Positions 13,709 through 24,187 of a stretch of 64,000 nucleotides of DNA are shown one piece after another. The translations under genes and the position numbers were made by a program. The stretch is from contig CAIQTY010000025.1 in the NCBI GenBank assembly GCA_903874955.1, forward strand, positions 83,037-147,036. The letters run 5' to 3'. Positions within the stretch are counted from its first letter, which is position 1, and each line of letters opens with the position of its first letter. The notes under the pieces were generated by a model. It was not told the origin of the DNA and ran no database searches. It saw nothing but the letters and a program-made list of their open reading frames with translations. The stretch comes from an uncultured Alphaproteobacteria bacterium (GTDB lineage Bacteria; Pseudomonadota; Alphaproteobacteria; Paracaedibacterales; CAITNM01).

Positions 13709-15540
13709 GCAGCTGGAGGTGCTTGAGGAATTTCTTCCTTAAGGCTAAGAGCTGCACCACTCATATCAAACGCTTTAACGCCTGAATCCGTGCGGAGCTT
13801 TTCAAGTACTTCTACGACTTTCTCAGATTCTACAATCTTTTGAAGCTCACCCTTCACTTCTTCATACTTTGGTGGTTCAATCGCACGTTTATCTTCAACG
13901 CGCACAACGCTCCAGCCAAGTTTACCAAGGCTAACTGGGTTTGGAACCAACGTTGCTTTTGCCGCCATGAACACAACGTCTCCGAACTCTGCTGGAAGCT
14001 CATCACGTTTTACGTAGCCAATCTCACCTTTTTTATCTTTTGTTTTATCGTCGATTGATTTTGTTTTGACTAATTCATCAAAAGACTTACCTTGCTTAAT
14101 ATCTTTGATAACAGCTTCAGCTTCTTCTTTTGTCTTAACCATAACATGACGCAAACGAACTTCCATTTGATTTTTTGGAAGAAGTTTTAACAGTTCCTGA
14201 TACTTACTCTTAAGCATCCCATCATTAACAACTTCTGCTACTTTCTTCTCTAAGAAAGCTTTGTGAAGGGTTGCCAAACGAACATCTTCAAGTTTTTTCG
14301 CATTAAGCTTATCTTTTTCCAAGCCTGAAGCTTTTGCAGCTTCCAAAACCAGTTTCATATCAACAAGTCTTAGGGCCAAAGGCTCAAAAATTTCTCCAAA
14401 AGGTGTAGCTTGAAGCTGAGGAGGCAATGTTTTCACAGCATCTTGAACATCTTTAACAGTAATAGTTGATCCATCTTTGAATTTTGCAATAACCATTTTT
14501 GGATCTAGTTTTGAGACATCTACCTCAGGCTTTTTTGTCCCCTTTTCAGCTTCTTCTTTAATTTGTTCTGGAGTTTTCTCAACGATTGGTTTGCCATCGA
14601 GGCCAGTAACTTCAACGCCAGCTTCTTTCTTAATTTTTTCAATAACTTGAACTGCATACTTAGGCGTTAGGGCTTTCACAAGTTCAGCTTTAACCTGTTC
14701 AAATTTTGGTGGCTCAGCCGGACGCTTTTCTCCAACAAATACAACGCTGAATCCGTTAGGCCCCATGTCAATTGCTTGAGGCAATACAGAGCTAGATTTT
14801 GCATCAAAAACAACTTTAGCAAATGGCTCTGGTAAACCGGCCTTACGAACATAACCTAAGTTTCCACCTGTATTTTTCGTCTGAGGATCAAGAGATTTTT
14901 GTTTCGCAACAGTATCAAATTTTGAAGTATCTTTTTCTAATTCTTTAATAAGTGCTTCGGCTTCTTCTTTGGTTTTTAAAAGAATATGCTTCAACTGAAC
15001 TTCCATTTCATCTTTTGGAAGTTTTGCTTTTAGTTCTTCAAAGTTCTTTTTTAACTCATCATCAGTTAGAAGCTTTGTAACTTCACCTTCAATCAGCAAC
15101 TTCTGCAGCATTGTTTCTGCATTTTTATTCATCAATTCTACTGTTTCAGGCGCTTTATCCAAGCCAATGTCAGCAGCAGCTTTATTCAATATTTTTGTAT
15201 CGATCAAACGACGTAATAGAGCAGAGTATAATTTTGAAAACGGACGATCTTTCATTTCCGGTGGCAAAAGATTCATTTGCTCATAAACCTCAGCCATTGT
15301 GATTTTTGAACCATCAGGAAATTCAGCAACAACTTTTGCTTGTTCACCTTGAGGTGCTTCTTCAACTTTTTTATCTTCCGCTTTGGGAGCAGTTGGCTCT
15401 TGAGACTCAGCTTTTTTTTCTACATCGGTCTTAGTAGTTTCTTTTTTAGGTTCTTCTTGAACTTTTTCATCTTTTTTGTCGCAGGCGACTGCTAAAATCA
15501 TCAATAAGGCTAGACTTAGCTGATTTATAGTTTTTTTCAT
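13705..15540 (-). CDS. PrsA-like lipoprotein foldase made of two tandem parvulin/chaperone modules
   Basis: Lipobox LAVAC; two repeats, each with HI/VL.KT.EEAEA.I, F...AK..S.D and GG.LGY-like parvulin motifs. Confidence 0.85.
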   Translation of the reverse strand: MKKTINQLSLALLMILAVACDKKDEKVQEEPKKETTKTDVEKKAESQEPTAPKAEDKKVEEAPQGEQAKVVAEFPDGSKITMAEVYEQMNLLPPEMKDRPFSKLYSALLRRLIDTKILNKAAADIGLDKAPETVELMNKNAETMLQKLLIEGEVTKLLTDDELKKNFEELKAKLPKDEMEVQLKHILLKTKEEAEALIKELEKDTSKFDTVAKQKSLDPQTKNTGGNLGYVRKAGLPEPFAKVVFDAKSSSVLPQAIDMGPNGFSVVFVGEKRPAEPPKFEQVKAELVKALTPKYAVQVIEKIKKEAGVEVTGLDGKPIVEKTPEQIKEEAEKGTKKPEVDVSKLDPKMVIAKFKDGSTITVKDVQDAVKTLPPQLQATPFGEIFEPLALRLVDMKLVLEAAKASGLEKDKLNAKKLEDVRLATLHKAFLEKKVAEVVNDGMLKSKYQELLKLLPKNQMEVRLRHVMVKTKEEAEAVIKDIKQGKSFDELVKTKSIDDKTKDKKGEIGYVKRDELPAEFGDVVFMAAKATLVPNPVSLGKLGWSVVRVEDKRAIEPPKYEEVKGELQKIVESEKVVEVLEKLRTDSGVKAFDMSGAALSLKEEIPQAPPAA

Positions 15541-15672
15541 TTAATACCTTTTTACGTTTCAGTAACAATTTGTGAACATACTATAGCATAGCATCAAGCA
15601 ATGAGTAGCCATTTTTGTACAACCTAAGTATACTGGTGAAAATTGTTATAAATCGAACACATTAAGGGTCTT

Positions 15673-18360
15673 ATGTTATCTAATTTGATGAGGGGTTTTT
15701 TTGGCTCTGCAAATGATCGTCTGGTGAAACAGCTGTATAAAACTGTATCAAAGATTAATGCCCTTGAAAGTCAGTATCAAGTTTTAACGGATGATCAGCT
15801 TCGTGAAAACACCACGAAATTTAAAGATAGAATTGCTAATGGAGAGAGCCTGGATGATCTTTTGCCAGAAGCTTTTGCAAATGTTAGGGAAGCTTCAAAG
15901 CGTGTCTTAGGCCTTAGACCTTTTGACGTACAACTTATCGGCGGCATGGTCCTTCACAAAGGAATGCTTGCTGAAATGAAAACAGGTGAAGGTAAAACCC
16001 TGGTTGCAACATTACCGATGTATCTGAATGCATTATCCGGCAAAGGAGCCCACTTAGTTACCATCAACGATTACCTTGCAAGACGAGACGTAGAATGGAT
16101 GGGGGGTATTTATCGCTTCTTAGGACTAACTGCAGCGCCAATATACCACGAACTTAACGATGCCCAAAGGCGCGAGGCCTATGCTTGCGATATCACTTAT
16201 GGCACAAACCACGAGTTCGGCTTTGATTATTTACGTGATAACATGAAATTTCGTAAATCAGATCTTGTTATGCGTGATTTCAACTATGCTATCGTTGATG
16301 AGGTTGATAGCATTCTTATCGATGAAGCCCGAACTCCACTGATTATTTCAGGTTCTGCTGAAAATTCTTCTGATCTGTATGCCAAAATTAATGAAGTTAT
16401 CCCAGTCCTTGAAGAAGGGGACTATGAGAAAGATGAAAAACAACATAGCGTCATGATGACCGAATCGGGCATTGAAAAAATTGAAAAAGCTTTGCGTGAG
16501 AATGGTATTATCAAAGATTCGGGTCTATATGATGTGCAAAATATTGCGATTATTCACCACGTTCAAGCAGCACTGAAGGCGCATAAATTGTATACGCGCG
16601 ATGTTGAATACATTGTCCGTGATGGTGAAGTTCTTATTATCGATGAATTCACCGGACGCATGATGGAAGGGCGCCGTTATTCAGATGGTTTGCACCAGGC
16701 TTTAGAGGCTAAAGAGAATGTTGAAATTGCTGAGGAAAACCAAACACTAGCATCAATCACCTATCAAAACTTTTTCCGTCTCTACCCCAAATTAGCAGGT
16801 ATGGCCGGAACAGCTATGACTGAAGCACCTGAATTTGAAGAAATTTATAACCTGCAAGTCGTTGAAATTCCAACGAATAGAAAGGTTACCCGTATTGATG
16901 CGGATGATGAGATTTACTTAACTGCCCCTGAAAAATATAAAGCTGTCATAAAGTTAGTTGAAGAGTGTCATAAACGCGGACAGCCAGTCCTTATTGGTAC
17001 TACGAGCATTGAAAAATCAGAATTGCTCTCAGCATTACTTACGCAAGATCATATAAAACATCAGGTTCTTAACGCTCGTCACCATGAACGTGAAGCCTAC
17101 ATCGTTGCAGAAGCTGGTCAAACTGGCGCAATTACCGTTGCCACCAACATGGCAGGACGTGGTACGGATATAAAACTCGGTGGAAACTGGGAGATGCGCG
17201 TAAAATTGGAACTTACAGACTTAGCTGAAGGGCCTGAGCGCGACGCTGCAATTCAGCGCATAAAAGACGAAGTCCAAGTAGATGAAGCAAAAGTTATCGC
17301 AGCTGGTGGACTATACATCATTGGTACAGAACGCCATGAAAGTCGACGCATTGATAACCAGTTACGCGGTCGTACAGGACGTCAGGGCGATCCAGGAGCT
17401 TCAAAATTTTTCATTTCTCTGGATGACGATCTAATGCGCATATTTGCAGCAACCGACAAATTGCGTGATTATTTGCGCAAAATGGGCGCACAGGAAGATG
17501 AAGTGATTTCCCATCGCTATATCAGTAAGTCTTTAGAAAAAGCACAGCAGCGCGTTGAAGCCAGAAACTTCGATATTCGCAAACATTTGCTGCGTTATGA
17601 CGATGTGATGAATGATCAGCGAAAAATTGTCTACTCACAACGGCGTGAACTGATGGAAAAAGAAAGCATAAAAGAAATGGTTGAAGAAATTCGCCGTGAC
17701 GTTGCTTTTGAATTAGTACAAGGTCATCTACCAAGTGACACAATCGCTAATAATTGGGATTGTGATGCATTGCAAGCAGAATGCCAAGCAGTTTTTGCTA
17801 TTTCACTCGATATAGAAAAAATTCAGTCTATGCATAATGTCACTGCAGAATTCCTAGTCAAAACTATTATAGATTTGGCAGATGAACGAGCGGAAAATCT
17901 TGAAAAAACAATTGGAGACGAATCAGTACGCCATGCTGAAAAAAGCGTCTTGCTTCGCATTCTTGATCAACATTGGAAAGATCATTTACTAGCTCTTGAC
18001 CATATTCGCCACGGAATCAATCTTCGGGCCTATGCCCAAGGCAACCCCTTAAATGAATATAAACGTGAGGCTTTCAATCAATTCCAACAAATGATGAGCC
18101 GCTTAAAAGTTGAATATTTAAGCACGTTGCACCATTTCCATTCATCGGTACCTGTTGATGAAGCACTGGAAGAAATGCTTGGCGAGATCGATTTTTCTAA
18201 ACTTCATGCAAATTATCCTGAAGAAGAACCTGAAAATCAGCCACAGGCTATACTGAAAAGTCTGCAGCAAGATAACATTGATAAAAGAATTTCTAGAAAT
18301 TCTGAATGTCCATGTGGTTCAGGTAAAAAATTTAAACATTGCCATGGAGCATTAGGGTAA
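15673..18360 (+). CDS. secA: Preprotein translocase ATPase SecA
   Basis: MKTGEGKTL, DEVDSILIDEARTPLIISG, ATNMAGRGTDI, RRIDNQLRGR and C-terminal CPCGSGKKFKHCHG. Confidence 0.99.
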   Translation: MLSNLMRGFFGSANDRLVKQLYKTVSKINALESQYQVLTDDQLRENTTKFKDRIANGESLDDLLPEAFANVREASKRVLGLRPFDVQLIGGMVLHKGMLAEMKTGEGKTLVATLPMYLNALSGKGAHLVTINDYLARRDVEWMGGIYRFLGLTAAPIYHELNDAQRREAYACDITYGTNHEFGFDYLRDNMKFRKSDLVMRDFNYAIVDEVDSILIDEARTPLIISGSAENSSDLYAKINEVIPVLEEGDYEKDEKQHSVMMTESGIEKIEKALRENGIIKDSGLYDVQNIAIIHHVQAALKAHKLYTRDVEYIVRDGEVLIIDEFTGRMMEGRRYSDGLHQALEAKENVEIAEENQTLASITYQNFFRLYPKLAGMAGTAMTEAPEFEEIYNLQVVEIPTNRKVTRIDADDEIYLTAPEKYKAVIKLVEECHKRGQPVLIGTTSIEKSELLSALLTQDHIKHQVLNARHHEREAYIVAEAGQTGAITVATNMAGRGTDIKLGGNWEMRVKLELTDLAEGPERDAAIQRIKDEVQVDEAKVIAAGGLYIIGTERHESRRIDNQLRGRTGRQGDPGASKFFISLDDDLMRIFAATDKLRDYLRKMGAQEDEVISHRYISKSLEKAQQRVEARNFDIRKHLLRYDDVMNDQRKIVYSQRRELMEKESIKEMVEEIRRDVAFELVQGHLPSDTIANNWDCDALQAECQAVFAISLDIEKIQSMHNVTAEFLVKTIIDLADERAENLEKTIGDESVRHAEKSVLLRILDQHWKDHLLALDHIRHGINLRAYAQGNPLNEYKREAFNQFQQMMSRLKVEYLSTLHHFHSSVPVDEALEEMLGEIDFSKLHANYPEEEPENQPQAILKSLQQDNIDKRISRNSECPCGSGKKFKHCHGALG

Positions 18361-18380
18361 GGTTTTTTGCACAAATCAAA

Positions 18381-19910
18381 TCAATGGATTTTAAAAAATT
18401 TAGAGCATTCTATAAGATTCGCTGCATTTGTTTTTAAAGACTCTGAAGTTGCTACACTTTCTTGAACAAGTGAAGCATTTTCTTGTGTCATGCCATCAAG
18501 ATTTGAAACAGACCGGTTAATCTGTTCAAGCCCAACAGTTTGTTCACTCGAAGCAGATGATATCTCGCTAATAAGAGTTACCACTTCGGAAATTGATTGC
18601 ATAACATCCTCAAGCATTTTTCCTGTTTCATTCACAAGTTCAACACCTTGTCTAACATTTAACCCACTCTCGCTAATGATATATTTAATTTCTTTTGAAG
18701 AACTACTCGATCGCTTTGCTAAGGAACGAACTTCCTCAGCAACGACCGCAAATCCTCTACCGGCTTCTCCTGCCCTTGCCGCTTCCACTGAAGCATTTAA
18801 AGCCAAAAGATTTGTCTGAAAAGCAATTTCATCAAGCATTCCTATAATATCTGAAATTTTTTGAGAAGAAGAATTAATATTCTCCATCGCTATAATAGCT
18901 TTGCTAGCTATTTCTCCCCCTTTAAAAACAATGTCTCTAGATGTTTCCGCAATAGAAACACTCGTTTTAGAATGTTCTGTATTTTGCCTTACTGCTGAGG
19001 CAATTTCTTCCATGCTAGCTGCTGTTTCTTCTAAGTTGCAGGCTTGTCGTTCTGTTCTTTTAGAAAGTTCATTTGCCCCTTGGGTAATTTCTTCTGCCGC
19101 CTGGAACAGTATTTGCGAAGCATTTTGAATTTCTTCCAAGGTATCCGACAGTTTTATAGCAGTTGAATTTGCATTAACTTTCAACAGATCAAATGCTCCT
19201 TCATAGTTTTTTTCAATACGATATGTTAAGTCACCTTTAGACATTGCATTCATCATATTCATAATATCATCTAATGGTTCTGCAACTTTTTCGACGAATA
19301 AATTCATATTCATAACAAGATTTTTATATATTCCTTCAAATTCATTTATTGAAATGCGCTTAGTCAAATTACCTGCTTGCGCCGAGCTAGAAAGATCCAC
19401 CAATGCATCGATTGTTTTTTCCATAGCAAGTTTTTCTTTTTGATTTTTTTTAAGCATAAAATCTATAGCATTATTAATACCAACAACAGCTATGTTATGA
19501 GCACCTTGCATACCTTCCAGTCGAATTGTGCGGTGATAGCGTTCTTGTTCGACGGCTTTCATCACTAACTGAGATTCGCGTACAAAAGCATCGTTTATAT
19601 CAATAGCATTGTTAACACTAAGGCATAAATTATCAATTATTCCGCCATTAGTTGTATTAATAATTCTACTTTCAAATTTTCCTTCCCTTATTTGATTGCA
19701 GACATGGGTAACATCAACAATTTTTTGTCTTAGCCTTAACCAACAATATAGACCAAGAAAAAAAATTCCAGTATTTGCTGCTGAAAATATGCTGAGCACC
19801 CTCAGGCTTTTGTGAAAATCAAAATAAAAAATTCCAAAGCCTGACAATCCAAGAATTGCAGATCCTGTAATACACACTAATAAACTAGAGAGAAAGCACA
19901 AATTCTTCAT
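18381..19910 (-). CDS. Methyl-accepting chemotaxis protein (two closely spaced TMs, HAMP domains)
   Basis: [37 protein letters not shown] signalling hairpin. Confidence 0.95.
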   Translation of the reverse strand: MKNLCFLSSLLVCITGSAILGLSGFGIFYFDFHKSLRVLSIFSAANTGIFFLGLYCWLRLRQKIVDVTHVCNQIREGKFESRIINTTNGGIIDNLCLSVNNAIDINDAFVRESQLVMKAVEQERYHRTIRLEGMQGAHNIAVVGINNAIDFMLKKNQKEKLAMEKTIDALVDLSSSAQAGNLTKRISINEFEGIYKNLVMNMNLFVEKVAEPLDDIMNMMNAMSKGDLTYRIEKNYEGAFDLLKVNANSTAIKLSDTLEEIQNASQILFQAAEEITQGANELSKRTERQACNLEETAASMEEIASAVRQNTEHSKTSVSIAETSRDIVFKGGEIASKAIIAMENINSSSQKISDIIGMLDEIAFQTNLLALNASVEAARAGEAGRGFAVVAEEVRSLAKRSSSSSKEIKYIISESGLNVRQGVELVNETGKMLEDVMQSISEVVTLISEISSASSEQTVGLEQINRSVSNLDGMTQENASLVQESVATSESLKTNAANLIECSKFFKIH

Positions 19911-20397
19911 AAGTCATTTCTTTCTCTTTCAAAAGGTTCATTAGCATTTTATAACCTGTTTCAATGCCATCTTGCCTTGTGCTGCAGGCATTTTCTGCCC
20001 TCAGCAAGTTAGCATAAAGCTCTTTAATAGCCTTAAGTGCTGATTCACTTGGCTTGCGACGATTAGAGTGAAATCCAGTAATAGTACCTGCTTCGTTAAA
20101 ACTAGGCGTAACGTGAGCAAAAACCCAGTAATAAACGCCGTTTTTGCCACTATTTACAACGTAGGCAAATAGCTCATTTCCAGATTTTATCGTTTCCCAA
20201 AACAATTTAAAAATGCAGGCTGGCATATCGGGATTACGAAGAATATTATGAGGTTTTCCCAAAACTTCCCCTAGTGAATAGTCAGCAATTTCGCAAAACA
20301 CTTGATTTGCATAGGTGATAATACCTTTAGTATCAGTTTTACTGACAATGATTTCATTTTGTTCCAAAAAACGTTCTGTAGTATTTTGCTTATTCAT
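19885..20397 (-). CDS. Stand-alone Aer-type PAS domain protein
   Basis: [43 protein letters not shown] and S.RRKP motifs; overlaps the MCP start. Confidence 0.92.
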   Translation of the reverse strand: MNKQNTTERFLEQNEIIVSKTDTKGIITYANQVFCEIADYSLGEVLGKPHNILRNPDMPACIFKLFWETIKSGNELFAYVVNSGKNGVYYWVFAHVTPSFNEAGTITGFHSNRRKPSESALKAIKELYANLLRAENACSTRQDGIETGYKMLMNLLKEKEMTYEEFVLSL

Positions 20398-20643
20398 TTG
20401 ATATAAAAAATAAACCTATAGTATCATTATAAAGTACAATTACTAAAAAATAATTAATATCACAAATAATTTTAAATATAAGAACTTTTGATTAAGAATG
20501 GAGAAAAATCAATAGAGAAATGATTTTAATACTGAGCCATTTGCTCTCTTTTTCATGTATTTCCTTGAGAAACTCCACAGAAAAGCGTCAAAACCAGATG
20601 GTTTTCACGCATAAAATATGTTCGTGTAACAAGAAAAATTTCA

Positions 20644-21360
20644 GGGTCTGACACCTAACTTTTAAAAAGTTAGGAAATCAAAAAGTACGTAAAGTATTGT
20701 AAAATGTCACGTTCAGAGCAGCTGAGACTGATGGAATATTTTGTTGCAGGAACACCTGCCAGAACGGCTGCTGATTTGGTCGGTGTCCATCGAAATTCCG
20801 CTATTAGATTTTTCCACAAATTGAGAGAGAGAGAGAGAGAGGATTGCTCTCAAATAGCAAAATCGTAGCGAGCAATTTTGTGGAAAAATCGAGTTAGATG
20901 AAAGTTATTTCGGTGGTGTCCGCAAAGGTAAACGCGGCAGGGGTGCTGCAGGTAAAATACCTCTCTTCGAGATTTCAAAACGCGGTGGCCATGTTTATAC
21001 TCAAGTCCTTGATGACACTAAATCATCAACCCTGATGCCGATTATTCGCCAGAAAATCATGCCAGACAGCATCGTTTACACTGACTGCTATCGTTCCTAC
21101 AACGCTCTAGATGTCTCTGAATTCAAACATTATCGCATCAACCATTCAGAGCTTTTTGCCCACAAACATAATCACATCAATGGTATTGAAAATTTCTGGA
21201 ACTAAGCAAAAAGACACTTAAGAAAATACAATGGTGTCCCCAAAAATCACTTCAATCTCTTCTTGAAGGAGTGTGAATGGCGTTTTAATATGGGGTCACC
21301 AAGACAACTTCTTAATGATCTCAAAGTGATTCTTAAGGAAAATTATTAGGTATCAGCCCC
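20644..21360 (+). mobile_element. IS1595 family (IS1016 group) insertion sequence, degenerate
   Basis: 717 bp. Left end GGGTCTGACACCTAA versus right end reverse complement GGGGCTGATACCTAA (13/15 match). No target-site duplication visible. Confidence 0.9.
20704..21349 (+). pseudogene. IS1016-like DDE transposase pseudogene
   Basis: MEYFVAGTPARTAADLVGVHRNSA..., ELDESYFGGVRKGKRGRGAAGK, SIVYTD, NHINGIENFW and LFLKECEWRFN motifs. Disrupted by (GA)9 at 20823-20840, TAG 20855-20857 and TAA 21203-21205. Confidence 0.9.
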
Positions 21361-21423
21361 TTAATATTAATTTCTCAAGTTTTTTTATTGCTTTTAAGAT
21401 GGAAATTTGCCCTTGGTAAGGCT

Positions 21424-22602
21424 TTAATGCAAATAGTCATTAGAATCAATTTTCATAAAGCAAGTTAATACGGTAGACATGCAAACAATAACGCTCATAA
21501 TTATGGCAATGACAACTGGACTGCCATTATAGAAATATGCGGTTATTCCTGTAGATAAAGCTATAATAACAGCACGTTTTACCATGATTAAAGAAGTTAC
21601 AGTTGCTTTAAGATTTGGAAAAACTTCCAAAGATTGGGCGAAGACGACCGGATAAAACAAGGCTGCGCCAATAGCAAAGATGCTAACTGATACAGTCGTC
21701 AAACTAGCGCCTGGCTGAATAAGAGAGACAATAACAAAACTCAGCGCTCCCAGCATGCTCATGCCAATACCAAAATATACGCATCTTGCCTTACCTATAT
21801 ATTTTAAAATTGACCCTGAAAACAAGCTTACTAAAGCAAACATACCGACAATTAAAGCCTGATGCAGAGCATACCAATGCATGGGAAGTTTAAAGGTCTC
21901 CATGTATAAAAAGGAAGCACTCGTGATGAAACTTAGATAAGCTGCATACAGTAGGCTTGGGGCAAAACTCATTTTCAAGAACGGTAGACTAGAGAGTAAT
22001 TTTTTTGCATTTTGGAGAAACGCTTTAGTATCAAAAGGAATTGATGATTTTTGTGTTTCAGGTAAAGCAAATACTAGCATAACCCAAGCAAAAGTTGAAA
22101 TTATCGCAACTACTCCGTACGAGCCTCTCCATCCAAAAATTTCATTTAAGTAACTGCCAGCAATTGGCGACGCAGACATCAGGCAAGTTAATACGCAATT
22201 CATCATTCCAATTAAGCGGGTTGCACCCTCCCCTTTGTTCGTATCGGCAATCATGGCAAAGACAACGACCGCGGAAGTGGCAGCCCCTATTCCTTGAACG
22301 AACCTGGCAAGAAGCAGCATTGCAATAGTTGGGGCAAATACACAACCGATTGCGCCGAGCATAAGCAGGGCATTTCCTGTGAGCATGACAGGTCTTCTGC
22401 CAAAAGAATCAGCAAGAGGACCAAGCATTAGGGCGCTTATGAAAAATCCAAGAAAATTAATACTCACTGTGTGTTGGGCGAGTGCTTCTGTGGTATTGAA
22501 ATAGGACACCATATCTGGAAAGCTTGGCACCGAAATATCAACCTCAATGCAGCAAGCTAGCAGCGAGATGATGTATAAAAAAAGTAAAAGGTTTTTCTTC
22601 AT
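21424..22602 (-). CDS. MFS transporter, Bcr/CflA drug-resistance subfamily
   Basis: D...PSFP.M, GPLADSFGRRPV, RFVQGIG, P..G and GWR motifs; about 12 TMs. Confidence 0.9.
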   Translation of the reverse strand: MKKNLLLFLYIISLLACCIEVDISVPSFPDMVSYFNTTEALAQHTVSINFLGFFISALMLGPLADSFGRRPVMLTGNALLMLGAIGCVFAPTIAMLLLARFVQGIGAATSAVVVFAMIADTNKGEGATRLIGMMNCVLTCLMSASPIAGSYLNEIFGWRGSYGVVAIISTFAWVMLVFALPETQKSSIPFDTKAFLQNAKKLLSSLPFLKMSFAPSLLYAAYLSFITSASFLYMETFKLPMHWYALHQALIVGMFALVSLFSGSILKYIGKARCVYFGIGMSMLGALSFVIVSLIQPGASLTTVSVSIFAIGAALFYPVVFAQSLEVFPNLKATVTSLIMVKRAVIIALSTGITAYFYNGSPVVIAIIMSVIVCMSTVLTCFMKIDSNDYLH

Positions 22603-22644
22603 AAAAGTTTTTCCTTAACAGTTCGGGATTACTATTCTCTGGCA

Positions 22645-22804
22645 GTCTCCCTATGACTTGATCCAGATAATTGATTTTTTACATGTAGATCTTAGGTTCA
22701 AGGCCTAGGAAGACTATAAATCTATAGTTTCCCTCTGACTTGATCAGAGGATCCAGTGAAACGAATCTATCATGTGGATCCTTGGGTCGGTGCCCTAGGA
22801 AAAC
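22645..22804. repeat. Two tandem Rickettsia-palindromic-element-like units (22645-22714 degenerate; 22727-22804)
   Basis: Unit 1 gtctccctatgacttgatcc...agatcttaggttcaaggcctaggaagac. Unit 2 gtttccctctgacttgatcagaggatccag...tggatccttgggtcggtgccctaggaaaac, with nested inverted repeats and paired GGATCC. Confidence 0.75.
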
Positions 22805-22886
22805 TTGGATGAGTATTTTTCTATATTTTTCGAGCTTTTAGGGAGTATCTAATCCCAAAGTTAGTAAGTGTATAGGGCTAACAACT

Positions 22887-24095
22887 TCAAGTAGATTTTT
22901 TTACATCAATTGCAGGACGCAGAATAACGAGCACAATCAAGGCAAAAAAGGCAATAGCACCACTACCCATAAAAGTTACAAATTGGTCAAATCTATAGGC
23001 AAGGGCACCACCAATAAAACCAGCAAGTAATAAGCCAACTGAATTAATAAGATAATAAAAACCTATGCCAGTGCCTCGTAAATCTTCAGGAACTTGATCG
23101 GCAATGATGCATAAGAACATATCTTGGCTCATACCAATTTGAATGCCCCAAAGACCAACACCTACAAGCATTAATGGCAGACTGCTGGAAAAACCTAAAA
23201 ACACGTCTGCAAGGATTAGGATGATGAAGCTTAAAGCCAGAAACCCATATCTTCCAAGTTTATCTGAAAGCAAACCAACGGGGTATGAAAATATGGAATT
23301 TGTAAAATTATACAAAATCAAAATACCGTGGGCAAAACTAGGATCCATGCCGAAACTGTGTGTTGCATGCAGGACTAACATTGATTCCCCAATGCGTGAG
23401 GTCATGAATATTAGCGCAACAATCATCAGCATCCAGTATGGCTTGCCTAATCTTTTCAGGTCTTTAATGTGTAAGGGATGACGAATAGGCTTTTTATCGG
23501 TTGTGACTTCTTTTTCATGGGGATCTTTCACAAAAATAACTAATAAAACCAGTCCGCATATCGCAGGGATGCTTGCATACATGAACACTTGTTCAATATT
23601 TTGATCGGAAACATACATCAAAATAAGCCCTAATATACCGCCTATAAAGGAACCTGCGGTTGCCATTGTATTACGTAGGCCAAAACAAGCGCCTTTTGTG
23701 CCATCAGGTGATAAATCACCAATTAATGCATCCCTAGGAGTTGATTGCACCCCGTTGCCTAAACGGTCGAAAAGTCTTGCAACAATTACCGAAGGAACAG
23801 TCGCAAAAAGCGCAAATAATATTCTTGAGATAGAAACCATTGAAAAGCCAATGGTCATAATTTTTTTAGGGCGACGGAAATAATCGCTGATTAAGCCTGA
23901 TAGAAGCTTCATTATAAAAGCCATTGCTTCAAAAAATCCCTCTAGCATGACGATAAAGCCAGTTGCTGCACCAAGAATTTTCTGCAAGTAAAGGGCAATA
24001 ACGCCAAAAACCAAAATTGTAGAAATATTAAGCAACATACTTGCGAAGCCGATTGCCCATACAGATAAAGGAATTTTAGATTTTACAATATTCAT
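22887..24095 (-). CDS. MFS transporter
   Basis: SGLISDYF, ARLFDRLGNG..STPRDALI and GLLSDKLGR motifs; about 12 TMs. Confidence 0.9.
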   Translation of the reverse strand: MNIVKSKIPLSVWAIGFASMLLNISTILVFGVIALYLQKILGAATGFIVMLEGFFEAMAFIMKLLSGLISDYFRRPKKIMTIGFSMVSISRILFALFATVPSVIVARLFDRLGNGVQSTPRDALIGDLSPDGTKGACFGLRNTMATAGSFIGGILGLILMYVSDQNIEQVFMYASIPAICGLVLLVIFVKDPHEKEVTTDKKPIRHPLHIKDLKRLGKPYWMLMIVALIFMTSRIGESMLVLHATHSFGMDPSFAHGILILYNFTNSIFSYPVGLLSDKLGRYGFLALSFIILILADVFLGFSSSLPLMLVGVGLWGIQIGMSQDMFLCIIADQVPEDLRGTGIGFYYLINSVGLLLAGFIGGALAYRFDQFVTFMGSGAIAFFALIVLVILRPAIDVKKST

Positions 24096-24137
24096 CAGGT
24101 CAAACTGTAAAATGAGATGTTGAAAATACCAAATAAG

Positions 24138-24173
24138 AAGCTAAAAAACGAGTGTAAACCCATTTTTTAGCTT
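24138..24173 (-). terminator. Inverted repeat downstream of rpoC
   Basis: aagctaaaaaa...ttttttagctt, 14 bp past the rpoC stop. Confidence 0.45.
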
Positions 24174-24187
24174 TCAGAATTTAGTTT

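Noticed and set aside
20823-20840. (GA)9 as a phase-variation switch
   Set aside because: Two downstream nonsense codons mean repeat contraction could not restore the transposase.
22645-22804. Possible mini CRISPR array
   Set aside because: Only two diverged, internally palindromic units, no unique spacers of regular length and no cas genes.
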